A stretch of DNA of 64,000 bases from Octopus sinensis (taxonomy: Eukaryota), in contig NC_042998.1 of NCBI RefSeq assembly GCF_006345805.1, forward strand, positions 15,376,001-15,440,000, in the 5' to 3' direction. A program made the translations under genes and the position numbers. The notes beneath the pieces are model-generated. The model worked only from the letters and a program-made list of their open reading frames with translations. It searched no databases and was not told the origin of the DNA. Position 1 is the first letter of the stretch, and every line of letters begins with the position of its first letter. This document shows, in pieces, positions 1 through 12,675 of this stretch.

Positions 1-190
1 ACAAGAGAATTAAGGCAAAGTTATACTTACATTTTCTTCTGAATCAATGAAGATGTGGACGGAGTAGAGTCTGAGAATGAACGAAAAGGTTAGGAGGGAA
101 GAATGTATAAGTAAAGACAAACAGTTAGGTAGAAGACATCGTCGAAATTCTATTTGTGCCCCTTATAAGACATGTTTCCTTATGCACGAT

Positions 191-572
191 GTGGAAGCAC
201 TCCGTCGGTTACGACGACGAGGGTTCCGGTTGATCCGATCAACGGAACAGCCTGCTCGTGAAATTAACGTGTAAGTGGCTGAGCACTCCACAGGCACGTG
301 TACCCTTAACGCAGTTCTCGGGGATATTCAGCGTGACACAGAGAGTGACAAGGCCGGCCCTTTGAAATACAGGTACAACAGAAACAGGAAGTAAGAGTGA
401 GAGAAAGTTGTGGTGAAAGAGTACAGCAGGGATCGCCACCATCCCTGCCGGAGCCTCGTGGAGCTTTAGGTTTTTTCGCTCAATAAACACTCACAACGCC
501 CGGTCTGGGAATCGAAACCGTGATCCTACGACCACGAGTCCGCTGCCCTAACCACTGGGCCAATGTGCCTCC
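191..572 (-). mobile_element. tRNA-derived SINE, head 1 + tail A, full length
   Basis: Minus strand starts GGAGGCACATTGGCCCAGTGGTTAGGG...GGTTTCGATTCCCAG (Pol III A/B boxes). 11-bp TSD TTATGCACGAT at 180-190 and 573-583. Near-identical to 6908-7288 and 60357-60743. Confidence 0.92.
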
Positions 573-739
573 TTATGCACGATATAAATTAGCAGGAATG
601 TACATAAAACTAAATATAATATTAAGTTCATTTAGAATATGCTGTCAACAATATTTCTCTGTGATTGAGAAATATTGTTGACAGAGCGGAACGATCTCGG
701 CAACACGGAACGATTATAAAATAACCTCTATGAATATAT

Positions 740-1067
740 TTTGATTTTTTATTTATGCGCCCTTTTCAAGCCTAGCCAGGCACATGGCCCCGGTTTCCTG
801 GTTTCTATAGCCTATGTGTTCCCCACCCCCAGCTGGACAGGACGCCAGTCTATCGCAGCGTTGCTCAAGATACAGGAAGAAGGAGTGAAAGAAAGTTGTG
901 GCGAAAGAGTACAACAGGGGTCGCCACCACCCCCTGTCGGAGCCTCGTGGAGCTTTAGGTGTTTTCGCTCAATACACACACACACACAACGCCCGGTCTG
1001 GGAATCGAAACCGCGATCCTCCGACCGTGAGTCCGCTGCCCTAAACACTGGACCATTGTTCCTTCAC
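740..1067 (-). mobile_element. tRNA-derived SINE, head 1 + tail B
   Basis: Same ~200-bp head/body as 191-572 but a different 3' part (GACTGGCGTCCTGTCCAGCTGGGG...). 10-bp TSD ATGAATATAT at 730-739 and 1068-1077. Confidence 0.88.
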
Positions 1068-1228
1068 ATGAATATATCTAGTGAAGAACAAAAGGGAAAT
1101 TCAAAATCTGATTCAAACACTAACAACAACAAATCTACTATTTTTAAGGCTGCCTAAAATTAGGAAACGATCTTATATATAAGACTGATTTGAGAATAAA
1201 ATAAAATAAACTGAACTAAGATTGTGTT

Positions 1229-1359
1229 TTAGAATACCAGGCCTAAAATGATATGAGCGCAGATATACAGAATAATATCGAAGGAGTGCAGAGATCGAAC
1301 TCGATTCAAAGGTGAGAATAAAGAATTCTGAACTGCGACAACAGGTAAAGGTTTCCCAC
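1229..1359 (-). CDS. Candidate terminal coding exon with hydrophobic C-terminus (GPI-signal/tail-anchor-like)
   Basis: Minus strand has CCTTAAC (branch-like), TATCTTCAG| acceptor, then an open frame xGKPLPVVAVQNSLFSPLNRVRSLHSFDIILYICAHIILGLVF*. Diverged duplicate at 2897-3068. No upstream exons identified. Confidence 0.3.
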
Positions 1360-1609
1360 CTGAAGATACAGCTTGCTTATAGTTAAGGAGTATGTTCTAT
1401 ATAATTACATCATATAATGATTTTCAAATTTTGTCATAAAACCAGTACCTGCTTTAACGCATCGCAGAGGATTAAAGGTAAAGTCGATTACGATGAAATT
1501 TGAAATCAGAACGTAAAACATTGGAAGATCTGTCATTAAAAAATTTGATCGACGTGTTAAGGATTTTAGCAGATTGCTGCTTTTATAGCAATAGTAGTCC
1601 TTTGTATTA

Positions 1610-2185
1610 TACACACAAGTTCTGAAATTTGGTGGAAGGGGCCTCATCCATTACCTCGAATTTAGTGCTCAACTGGTACTTATTTAATCAAACATGAAAG
1701 ATAAAAGGCAAAGTCGACCAGGGTTGGAAGTTGAATACAAAACGTAAAGCTGGGAAAAAGGCCACTTAATACGTTTCTACTCTAGGCACATGGCCCGAAA
1801 TTTTTCGGGAGGGTACAGTCAATTAGATCGACCCCAGTATGCAACTAGATCTTAATTTATCAACTCCGAAAGGATGAAATGCAAAGAAGCCCTCGGCGGA
1901 ATTTGAACTCAGAACGTAAAGACAGACGAAAAATGGCCACTTAATACTATGTGCGGCGTAGTAACGATTTTGGCAGTTCACCGTCTTAATATTGACTTTA
2001 AATTTTAGCATAAGGCCATCAAATTCGAGGGTAAATCGATTACTTCGTATCCAGTGTTCAACTTGTACCTATTTCATCGACCCCGGAAAGGGTTGAAAGA
2101 TCAATTCAACTTCGAGCTAAAGACGGACAAAATGCTGCTAATTATTTTGCCCGGCGTGCTAACGGTTTTGCCAGCTTACTACCTT
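1610..2185 (-). mobile_element. Three tandem decayed copies of a Meta-domain-like SINE
   Basis: Repeated CAACTGGTACTTATTT...GAAAGGATGAAAGGCAAAGTCGACC...GAATTTGAACTCAGAACGTAAAG blocks at ~1610-1770, 1775-1985 and 1995-2185. The minus strand carries GCCTTTCATCCTTTCGGGGTCGATAAATTAAGTACCAG-like central domains. Confidence 0.8.
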
Positions 2186-4242
2186 ATTAAAAAGCTTTTG
2201 AATTAGTTTTAAGGGCTCCTATAGATTTTAGAAAATACGAAAACTAACCAAAACTAAAAGTCTTACAAAGCCGTACAGACAGGAAGGAAAATAATATAAA
2301 GGCGAAGAGAAGGTTGAGAGAGATTCTTCGATAATTATAACAGGTCGAGTTAAAATTTATGCAAAATTCGAACAATTAAATGAAAACATAACGAGTAATT
2401 AATCACGGATCTCGAGTAATATGTGTATGCCTGTATATAAGTGCATATGTATATACATCTATATATATATATATACATGTGTGTGTGTGTGTATTGTGTT
2501 TGTGTGACTGTGTGTTTATCACACGTATCATATATTATTGAACTTATTTCGCAATGTTCCTTCACTCGTTAGACAACCCTCACCGAGCAACACAGTAATG
2601 GTACTGGTCTAAGAACATGAAAACTCACTTCAATACTTCTGTCATTAATATACGATCTATGCAACTTCAAAATTTTGAATTAACTCCTTCACTTTATACT
2701 TATCGCCTGCACTCTCGACAATAAACCACACAATTGTATGAGCACTACCCAATATTTTTACTGCTAACAAATCCACAACATGCCTCCTAATCCATTATCA
2801 TTGTCATTTAATATGAAGTGTAGAACATCAATCTTATATATTTTACGCTATGTATTACTGCAGATTAAGATATGCTCACTTAAGCTTTTTCCCCCCGATT
2901 GTGTTTTAGAATACCAGGCCTAAAATGGTGGCGGGTAGGATATGGAGTAATATCGTAGCTGTGCAGAGATCGAACTCTTCAAACGTGAGAATAACGAATG
3001 CTGAACTGCAACAGCGAATAAAAGATTTCCCACTTGAAGATACAGCTTGCTTATAGTTAAGGAGTATGGACACATATTTGTATGTCATTTTCGAATACGA
3101 ACTGCATATTTATTTTCCTTTCCTTATTTACTCTGAAATGTTATTTAACCTGATGTGTTTAATGTGAGCATTAACTATTTTTATTTATACCTCTTCTACA
3201 ATTCTTAACGAACAATTATAGATGGTTTTTGCTCTCTAATCTTTCTGTATGTTTTTGCCTCCAAATAGAAGTTAGTGGAATTGACTTGTTTTATAACAAT
3301 TTCTATCAGCGTTAAAACATCGAAAGAAGAACCAACAAAAATTGTAAGAATGAAAAACAAAACAAAATCACTACGCAAAATATAAAAAAAAATACCCATC
3401 AGACCAGAAGCAGCAACGCTACCACGGTAATGATAATGATTAAAAAAATACAAAAAAACAAAAATACACAAAAACACAAAATTATCTAGAAAGATATTGA
3501 TTTACTAATAACCAATGAACTTTTTCTAGAATATAAATTACTTGTGTGTTTAACGTGGCAATTTTAAGTGTCACACTCATTTAGCAAATAATAGAAAAAG
3601 CTAATTATTCAACTATCAAAACTTAAAAATAATTATTAATAAAAACAAAAATAATTTGCCCCTAATTTTAATGTGATAGAAAGTTCTAAGGATTGTCAGC
3701 TAGTTTCATGACTTAATTGAAAATAAATGAACACTTGGTCCATAAGGTTGAACAAAGGAGAGTCTACAGCGCTTTCACCTTCTTTATGTAATATGATCAG
3801 AATGATGAAATGATATAATTTATTAACTCAGAATGAAATATTAAATTTTCGTCAGTAATTCATCGGTAATTATAAATATATCTTGGCGGGGGGGGGGCAG
3901 CTTCGTGTTGCCTGTTCGATTTATTCGTTTCACGTTCAATTCCAATCGAGGAAAAGTCGGGCGAGTGTCTGCCGAAACAGACTTAAGTCTACCAAAAAAA
4001 TTTGTTTGTGAGAGAAATTAGATTGACGGGAACAGTGAAGAAAACTGTTTTATTGCCTCACCTTATTTCTACTTCATCATTGAGTCTAAAAAATTATAAC
4101 CTGTCGCGTGACTGTATTTAAGACATCTCATGCTAGCATTCGGTATATTTCTTCAAATCGATGGTAGCTTTCCCACATAATCCGAGTAATACTGTACCCA
4201 CAAAAACTATATATAAAAAAATTGATCAATATCTCTGAAATC

Positions 4243-4425
4243 CAACATCGCTTGACAACCGATGCTGGTGTGTTTGCATCCCCGTAGCTTAGCGATTCGG
4301 CAAAAGAGGCCGATAGAATAAGTACTAGGCTTACAAAGAATAAGTCCTGGGGTCGATTTGCTCGACTAAAGGCGGTGCTCCAGCATGGCCGCAGTCAAAT
4401 GACTGAAACAAAACTGTATAAAAGA
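4243..4425 (+). mobile_element. 3' half of microsatellite-containing tRNA SINE (family B, CR1-like tail)
   Basis: CATCGCTTGACAACCGATGCTGG...GGCGGTGCTCCAGCATGGCCGCAGTCAAATGACTGAAAC matches the full copy at 32997-33455. Confidence 0.85.
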
Positions 4426-4724
4426 GAGAGTTTTGTTGAGGCTAAGATTCGTCTTCACCTGATAATTTCAGCATATTCGTACACGAAATTTTATTGTATT
4501 TTTTTTCTTTTGTGTAATGTTTCTCTGCTTGTTTGTATACTTGTTTCATTGTTCACTCTTGTATAAGAAGAAAAGACGAACTGATACTAAACATGTCATT
4601 AGGTTAATATCAATGATCACAGAGATAAAAAGAATTTTAAAAAATTATTTTAATTAAATCTGTCAATTATAAACTTAGATGTAAACACCCACCCACACAC
4701 ACCACACACACACACATACACAGA

Positions 4725-5060
4725 TTTTATCTTCTACCGGTCAATCATTGGACTTCAGCCATATAATGGCAGTGATTTCAAGGGATTTAGTCGCACAAAT
4801 CGGTCACCGTGCTCCGTTTTTTTATAGACTAGTGCTAGTACTTATTATATCGTTTTTTTCCTTACGAAGTCGTCAAGTTATTGCAACATAAACAAACCAA
4901 CACTGGCAGTCAAACAATGGTAGAGAAAAATATATGACAAATAAAATGATCTACATATAAATATATATATATATATACGACGGGCTACTTTCATTTTCCG
5001 TCTACGAAATCCACTCTCAAAATGTTGCTAAACTATATGCTTTAAAAAGAAGATATTTGC
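4725..5060 (-). mobile_element. Decayed family B SINE
   Basis: TACGACGGGCTACTTTCATTTTCCGTCTACGAAATCCACTC after (TA)n, with a degenerate tail segment at lower coordinates. Confidence 0.6.
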
Positions 5061-5623
5061 CAAAAATGCAAGGAAATATATCTGAATTATGTGTCTGTAA
5101 CACACACACACACACACACACACGCACGCGTATGCTACGTGTCAGGACATTTCACTTCGTGTATTCTGTGTTGAGTTTCAAATTTTGATCATTGAATCAA
5201 TTTATGCATTATCAGGCTGACTTTCCTGGGTCATATTGCAAACAACTTACACCACATTAGGGATCATTTTGCTTCTTGATGTACGGTCGGAAAAGAACCA
5301 ACGTAATGTTTACATCTGAAGAATGTGAATCGTACGTTGAACCAGACATCACCAGAAGATTTAAGAGCTTGCACTAAGACTTGAAGGCTCAGGGCGTCTT
5401 AAATTAAAAATTTTCAGAGGAGATTCCGTTTGAGAGTGGAGTAAAGTGAGGAGTTATTCCTGCCCTCACACTGTTATTATTTGCGTGATACGGGTGTCCT
5501 CATGCAGCTGAGAGCTACTAGAAGAATACACGCACGCATATACAGACTCACGCACAGAGATACCACACCACACACATATATAAATGACGGGCTAAATTCA
5601 TTCACATAGTATTAGTTAGTACG

Positions 5624-5773
5624 AAGGCGGCGAGCTGGCTGAAACGTTAGCACGTCGGGCGAAATACCGAGCAGTACCAGTTACGCACTGGGGTCGATAT
5701 AATCGACTTAATCCGTCTGTCTGTTCTTGTTTGTCCCCTCTGTGTTTAGCCCCTTGTGGGTAGTAAAGAAATA
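5624..5773 (+). mobile_element. Internally deleted Meta-type SINE nested in a decayed family B SINE
   Basis: AAGGCGGCGAGCTGGCTGAAACGTTAGCACG head and GTTTAGCCCCTTGTGGGTAGTAAAGAAATA tail. 16-bp TSD AGTATT(A/G)GTTAGTACG at 5608-5623 and 5774-5789. Confidence 0.85.
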
Positions 5774-6907
5774 AGTATTGGTTAGTACGGAGTATAATAT
5801 AAGACCCTTAAGGTGTAGTGCAGCGGGGTAGACCTGAAACCACGTAGTTTCTATGCAATGTCCTTTATCACAAAGACATGCCTACCCCTATCTATCATTC
5901 TAAACGCCTGTACTTATTTAAACATCAATACTATTTATTTAGTCAGTTTAAAAGTCTGTGTAATTCTGGTAAGAAATGGCAGAGTGGAAAATTTATATAA
6001 TACTAGTTACAGAAAGAAAGAAAAAAATGTTTAGAAGAGATAAAAATTAAGAATTTCGTAAGTAACAGTTAATATTTTTGTGTAACTTTATTCAAATAGA
6101 AGAACTTATTATTATTTATGGTTAATAGATCCTTGAAATATGCTCTATTTCCACCCTTTTTCAAACTAGTTTTCAATACCTTCTCAGTTGCATACGACTA
6201 GATCTCAATCGAATGTTGTTGAAAGAAATATGGTCCGTTCGAGGAAAGACAGTTTTTGCCCAGTATTTGAGAATCTTTAATATGTTGATCGACCTAGTTT
6301 CAGTTAAACAGAACTTAAATTGTTCTCAATAAAAGTTTCTACTATTCAAGAACTAGTCTTATACTAAACAAATTTCCTTATAAAACAATTTGGAATGTCG
6401 TCATTTTTTCCAATTTTTGTTTTAATATATCTCGTTTCCTGCCTTTCTTAATATCTGTATGAACAGATATCAGAACCATTGTTACTTGTATATTATTTTT
6501 CGTACATAGTTAAGATTTTTTGAGAAATACAATATTTGCGCTCTGTTTCTATTTTTTTTTGGTCCTTTTGTCTGATCTCCTTTGACAGACAATCGGTAAA
6601 TAATGCATTTTTATATCATGGTATATTCGTCTGAATATCTTTCTTTATCTCTCTACACATACATAAAGACATACACACACATATATAAATATTTCATTTA
6701 TATAAACACAATCAGCCACCCACAAATACACACATATACACACATGTACACACACATATAATATTTGCTACTGATGATTATAACAAAGCACACCAACATA
6801 ACTTTCTCCTCGGACTGTTTTACAAGAACATTTGGTGAAAGGGTAACTATAATTGGTCTGAAACGATGCTATTCTAATGTTGCACAGAGGATACAGGAAT
6901 AAGAAGT

Positions 6908-7288
6908 GGAGGCGCAATGGCCCAGTGGTTAGGACAGCGGACTCGCGGTCATAGGATCGCGGTTTCGATTCCCAGACAGGGCGTTGTAAGTGTTTATTGA
7001 GCGAATACACCTAAAGCTCCACGATGCTCCGGCAGGGGATGGTGGTGATCCCTGTTGTACTCTTTCACCACAACTTTCTCTCACTCTTACTTCCTGTTTC
7101 TGTTGTACCTGTATTTCAAAGGGCCGGCCTTGTCACTCTCTGTGTCACGCTGAATATCCCCTAGAACTACGTTAAGGGTACACGTGTCTGTGGAGTGCTC
7201 AGCCACTTACACGTTAATTTCACGAGCAGGCTGTTCCGTTGATCGGATCAACCGGAACCCTCATCGTTGTAACCGACGGAGTGCTTCC
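6908..7288 (+). mobile_element. tRNA-derived SINE, head 1 + tail A, full length
   Basis: GGAGGCGCAATGGCCCAGTGGTTAGG...GGTTTCGATTCCC; reverse complement of 191-572. Flanked by ~125-bp direct repeats. Confidence 0.92.
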
Positions 7289-7944
7289 AAAATAACAAAG
7301 CCTACCAACATAATTTATTCGTCGGACTGTTTCACAAGACATTTGGTGAAAGGGTAACTATGATTGGTCTGAAACGATGCTATTCATAATGTTGCACAGA
7401 GGATACATGAATAAGAGAAGAGAAGGAGAGAGTAAGACAGAGAGAGATTGAAATCCCGTGACTGACCGTTTCTTATTATTTTCACCGAAATAAGGAAATA
7501 CACGTTTGAACAGGGAGAGATTTGAACTCAGACAGATTGATAAAAAATCGTAAACTTTCCTACTGATTCATCGTCCAACTGGCTTAAAAACCGTTCCCCA
7601 ATAGTCATATGTGTATATAATTATACAAATACACAGACTTCCATTTCAAAGACGTGTTATATATAATTTAATATTTCAAATTATGATTTTGGTCTTTTCT
7701 TCTTTCCAATAAATAAATATTAGAATATACCTCGTCCATTATCACTTTCCATTTTACTCTACTTACAATAATATTTCCTTTATTTCTTTTAAAATTTTAC
7801 ATTAAATGCAAGACTAATATACACTGTCTGCATCCAGTACTAAATCATGTTAGGAAAATATATAATCTACAAAAGATCAATATACCAATATTAATTGTAT
7901 ACAGCACGCACACACACACATACACACACGAATGAACATACATG

Positions 7945-7987
7945 CATATATATATATACATATATATATATATGTATATATAAATGA

Positions 7988-8029
<42 letters not shown>

Positions 8030-8340
8030 GAATATGAATATATATATATATATAAATGAATATGTATATATATATATACTTAAATGAATATATATATATA
8101 TATGTAAATGAATATATATATATATTTGTATATATATATCTATATATATCTATATATATAAATGAATATATATATATATATATATAATAAATATATATAT
8201 ATACATAAATGAATATATATATATATATGTAAATGAATATATATATATATTTGTATATATATATATATATCTATATATATCTATATATATAAATGAATAT
8301 ATATATATATATATAAACATAAAGGAATATATATATAATA
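7945..8340. repeat. Compound (TA)n minisatellite with AAATGAATAT units
   Basis: Recurring aaatgaatat motif separated by (TA)n. Confidence 0.9.
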
Positions 8341-8822
8341 TCCCTGTGTAATGTGCAGCGTTGAGAGTATCTATCTGTGTGCGCACATGCATCAGATAGT
8401 TTGTTATGTGTGCATGTGTGTTATGAATGTTTGGAACAAGAAATGGAAGCATACCATAATGTGCTCTATATTATGTACAATGCACAACTGTATATATACT
8501 TATATTTTTAATGAGCATTGAAGATCGTGCAATGTATATTGAGACGTGCATTATTCAATAAAACTTTGACGGCATGAGAATTCTGTAATTGGTAGGAATG
8601 TAGTTGATATATTCCATCTGAGTATATGATTGTTAGTTATTTGATCGACTTTGAATGAAGGAAACTGAAGGTCAATGCTACTTTTGCTATATCAGAGTGA
8701 AAGAAAAAAAATATACTATACGTGCTAGATTCTACCAGCAAACATTATATCCGTTACGCTTGAGAATGTTCCAAATTTATCTGCGCTAGCCATTTCCACC
8801 GTCAGAAAAAAAAAGCCTCATA

Positions 8823-8867
<45 letters not shown>

Positions 8868-9155
8868 CAAGAAGAAATAAATATGTGATAGATGACAAGA
8901 CGTTCATGAAACTAAATGAAACGGTTTCGATAGCAGGTCAGCGAAAATGTTTTTGCCTACGAAAGCGCAGGCATGGCTGTATGGTAAGAAGCTTGTTTCT
9001 CAAGCACATAGGTCCAAGTTCAGTCCCACTGTAGAGTAGGTGTCTTCTACTGTATCCTTGGGCCGACCAAAATGTTGTGAGTGGTTTTGATAGGCGGAAA
9101 TTGAGAATAGTCTGTCGTATATAGATATGTATATATGTATACATACCTAGCACTC

Positions 9156-9220
<65 letters not shown>

Positions 9221-9224
<4 letters not shown>

Positions 9225-9676
9225 GATAATATCAGGGTAATAAATATTTAAGAGACTTTTACTACCAGTGGCCTAGCGTATAGAAAAATTAGTCAATAGA
9301 CTATATATTATTCATATAAAATACAGGGTACCTTTAAACATATAAGAGGTGCCCATCATAGGATTCCCTTACGCTAGAAGGAACAGCTAAAGTCAAAACC
9401 ACTAATTAGGAATTAAATTTCGAAGGAAAGGAAACATGAAAATAAATACCATCTATTTCCCGGACCATGGTTTGAGACTTTTTTAGCAAATAAAATATTT
9501 TGCTAGGCGAAGTCTTCGTCAACAGGTTATATTCTTTGCTAATAAAAAGTCTGAAACCATGGTCCAGGATTTATCCCTAATTAGTGTTTTGGAATTTAGC
9601 TGTTCCTTCTAGCGTAAGGGAGTCCTATGATCCTATGATGAACACCTCTTATGTGTTTAAATATACACTGTATTTT
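9221..9676 (-). mobile_element. Non-coding PLE pseudo-LTR/retrozyme-like insert with fold-back inversion
   Basis: Flanked by (TA)n. 9535-9676 is the reverse complement of parts of 9315-9490. Contains a decayed HHR and is homologous to 44141-44456. Confidence 0.8.
9459..9526 (-). ncRNA. Decayed type I hammerhead ribozyme (U3.G8; GAAA mutated to CAAA)
   Basis: CCTG-TTGACGA-AGACTT...AAGTCT-CAAA-CCATGG-TC-CGGG. The inverted half copy at 9547-9568 keeps AAGTCT-GAAA-CCATGG-TC-CAGG. Confidence 0.7.
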
Positions 9677-9779
9677 ATATATATATATATAGGGAGAGTT
9701 TACGAAAAATACAAAAGACGAAGACAGGTGGTGTACAAAACAAACAGCTGCATTAGTATAACGCTCAGGAATAGAAAAA

Positions 9780-9821
9780 GTCCTTTTCGTTTCGAGCCTA
9801 CGCTCTTCTACAGAAAGGGAC
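9780..9821 (-). ncRNA. Minimal hammerhead-like motif (A6U variant, decayed)
   Basis: GTCCCTTT-CTGTAGA-A-GAGC-GTAG-GCTC-GAAA-CG-AAAAGGAC within a (TA)n-flanked insert at 9691-9878. Confidence 0.5.
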
Positions 9822-9877
9822 ACAGAAAAAACAAGGAGAGAAAAAAATGTGTGTAGTGGCTAACGATCCATCATGGC

Positions 9878-9916
<39 letters not shown>

Positions 9917-11159
9917 GTAATGTACGTATGTGTGTGTATCCTCCATCAATGCTTGACAACCGGTGTCGGTGTGTTTACGTGGTTCAGCAAAGGAAGCTGA
10001 TATAATATGAACAAGTTTTTATATAAAAAACCTGGGGTCGATTTATCCGACTACAAACCATTTCATGCAGTGCTCCAAAATGTCCGCAGTCAAGTGACTG
10101 AAAGAAGGAAAAGAAAAAAGAAAAGATATGAAATATAGATAAGAAAGTTTTGTTTAAATGTGTTGATTGCATTTTGCTGCATAAATTCGATGTGATTTGT
10201 TTATGAATATTATTTAATGAATATTCTTTTCTGCTCTAGGCACAAGGCCAGAAATTTTTGGGGCGAATTCCAGTCGATTAGATCGCCCAATAATTTCAGG
10301 CTTTGTATATAGAGTAGAAAAAAATATATATTGCTTTCGAATTTTAGCACATGATCAGCAAGTGTAGGACATGAGGTAAGTCGATTACATTGACCCCAGT
10401 GCTCAACTGATTCTTAGTTTGTGACTATCATCGATTGCTCGGTATTTGTAGAGGAAAGAGCGCAACAACACGAAAACTACCAGTGACAGCTTACATGTCT
10501 TAGGTGTGTGTTCACAACCATATTGTCTATAACGAGATAGACAGTGTGCAGCGCATTGCCTTCCCATATCCGCCTGTGCACGAAAATATTAAGTACGATT
10601 GCACATAACTATAGAATTCTTTATTCACCATAAATGTTTTACATAGAGGGGACATTACAATTCATTGGGGAAGCAAAACACCAAAAAAGAAAAAATCACA
10701 TAAGCGTATGATAAAGATGAAAGGGTCGAAATGAGTAATGAAAGCTATATACAATATGCTTCCCCATTCTGCAGTCCCTCGTTGTAAATATTGCTTACCA
10801 TCCAGAATTAAGATTGACGAACATGTTACGGTCTTGTTTTATCTTGGACGCCAACATAATTTTACAGACTATAACTCTTAAAACATTAAACAATTCACAC
10901 TTTTAGTAACTGAAAGTTCAGCAGTCCGTACTTCAATAATTTCCGGTCTTCAAAAATTTGACGTATCCTGCATTTTCATTTATAGGAATATAATTATCTC
11001 CTTAAAAAAGCAACAATAGATGGATATATAATGAAGTTCAAGGTATATATAATGACTATGAACATATACACAAAGACTAGAAGAGATCTGAATTTTTTCG
11101 CATCACTATCTGTTTATAGTGGTATTTCTATTATTCCGTGCTCAGCTTATATATTACTT

Positions 11160-11434
11160 TTATTCTTTTATTCTTCTCTTTTACTTGCTTCACTCATTTG
11201 ACTGCAGCCATGCTGGAGCACACCATTATAAGGTTTTACGCGAAGAAATCGACCCACCCCCACTCCAGGGCATTGCTTGTACGCCTAATACTTATTCTAT
11301 CGGCCTTTGTTTGACGAAAACACCAAAATGGATTCTCAAGCGATGATAGGGGGAAAAAACGGACACAAAGACACACACACATACATAAATGATACATACG
11401 CATACATAAACACACACAAACACGCATACACACA

Positions 11435-11478
<44 letters not shown>

Positions 11479-11875
11479 GGGCATCTTTCAGTTTTTGCCT
11501 ACCAAATCCACTCGCAAGGCATTGGTCGGCCCGAGGCTATATCACAAGACACTTGTCTAAGGGGCCACACAATGAAACTCAACCCGAAACCATGTGGTTG
11601 TGAAGCAAGCTTCTAATTTCTTTACTGCCCAAAAGGGGATAAACATAGAGGGGACAAACAAGGACAGACAAAGGGATTAAGGTGATTAGAGCGACCCCAG
11701 TGCATAACTGGTACTTATTTCATCGACCCCGAAAGCATGAAAGGCAAAGTCTACCTCAGCGGTGTTTGAACTCAGAACGTAACGGCAGACGAAATACCGC
11801 TAAGCCTTTCGTCCTGTGTGCTAACGTTTCTGCCAGCTCGCCGCCTTCTTACTTCACCGACACACCTGTGCCTAT
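11160..11875 (-). mobile_element. Family B SINE with nested Meta-type SINE (11616-11847)
   Basis: Family B tail 11160-11345 and head 11478-11612, resumed at 11848-11875. The Meta-type copy ends ...GCCAGCTCGCCGCCTT. Confidence 0.8.
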
Positions 11876-11903
11876 CTATATCAATATATATATATATATA
11901 TAT

Positions 11904-12092
11904 ACAGTAAAAGCAATTAAGATTCAAATCAGTTCTAATGAATTCACTTGAATGCGGTACTTAACTTAGATGCACCAGAAAACTATATGGTATTAACCAT
12001 ACAATAATGTGGGGTGATTATAAACGAGAAAAAAGCAACAAGAATGGATTACTTTTTTTAGTACAATCCATTCTTGTTGCTTTTTTCTCGTA
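11904..12092. mobile_element. Short (TA)n-flanked fold-back insert
   Basis: CGAGAAAAAAGCAACAAGAATGGATT (12025-12050) is inverted as AATCCATTCTTGTTGCTTTTTTCTCG (12065-12090); TA repeats on both sides. Confidence 0.65.
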
Positions 12093-12107
12093 TATATATA
12101 TAGAACT

Positions 12108-12420
12108 GACACTCCGTCGGTTACGACGAACAGGGTTCCAGTTGTTGCTATCAACAGAGCAGCTTCCTCTTGCACGTTAATTAACGTAGAAGTTGCTCAG
12201 CTCTCCACAAATACGCATACACTTAAAATAATTCTCATGGAGATTCAACGTGAGAAGGCAAACCCTTTGAATTACAGGTACAACTAATTTTCTCCAGCTG
12301 AGTGTACTGGAGGAACGTGAAATAAAGTGTCTTGCTCAAGAACACAACGCGTCACCGGGAATTGAACACACGATTTTACGGTCGAGAGCCAAATATCTAA
12401 ACCACTAAGCCACGCGCATT
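12108..12420 (-). mobile_element. tRNA/CORE-like SINE, head 2 + tail A
   Basis: Tail A (ACTCCGTCGGTTACGACGA...) joined to a head with GTGTTCTTGAGCAAGACACTTTATTTCACG on the minus strand. Confidence 0.8.
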
Positions 12421-12464
12421 CACACAGACACACTCACACGCTCACACACACACACACATATGTA

Positions 12465-12499
<35 letters not shown>

Positions 12500-12616
12500 A
12501 TATACATATGTGTGTGTGTGTGGAATTTGATTTAGTATTTCTAAATTCAACTGTTTTTCCTTGTAAATTTGGATTTTATTCCCTCAAATGAAAATTAAAT
12601 ATATATATATATATAT

Positions 12617-12675
<59 letters not shown>

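Larger units (their letters stand above)
8963..10120 (+). mobile_element. Family B SINE interrupted in its internal (CA)n(TA)n tract by two HHR-bearing inserts
   Basis: Head GCGCAGGCATGGCTGTATGGTAAGAAGCTTG at 8965-9120; tail at 9945-10110; inserts at 9221-9676 and 9691-9878. Confidence 0.8.

Noticed and set aside
6908-6980. tRNA gene calls at SINE heads (also 500-572, 32997-33060, 60670-60740)
   Set aside because: A/B boxes are present, but the heads continue into SINE bodies, several with TSDs; no proper acceptor stem or T-run terminator was seen.
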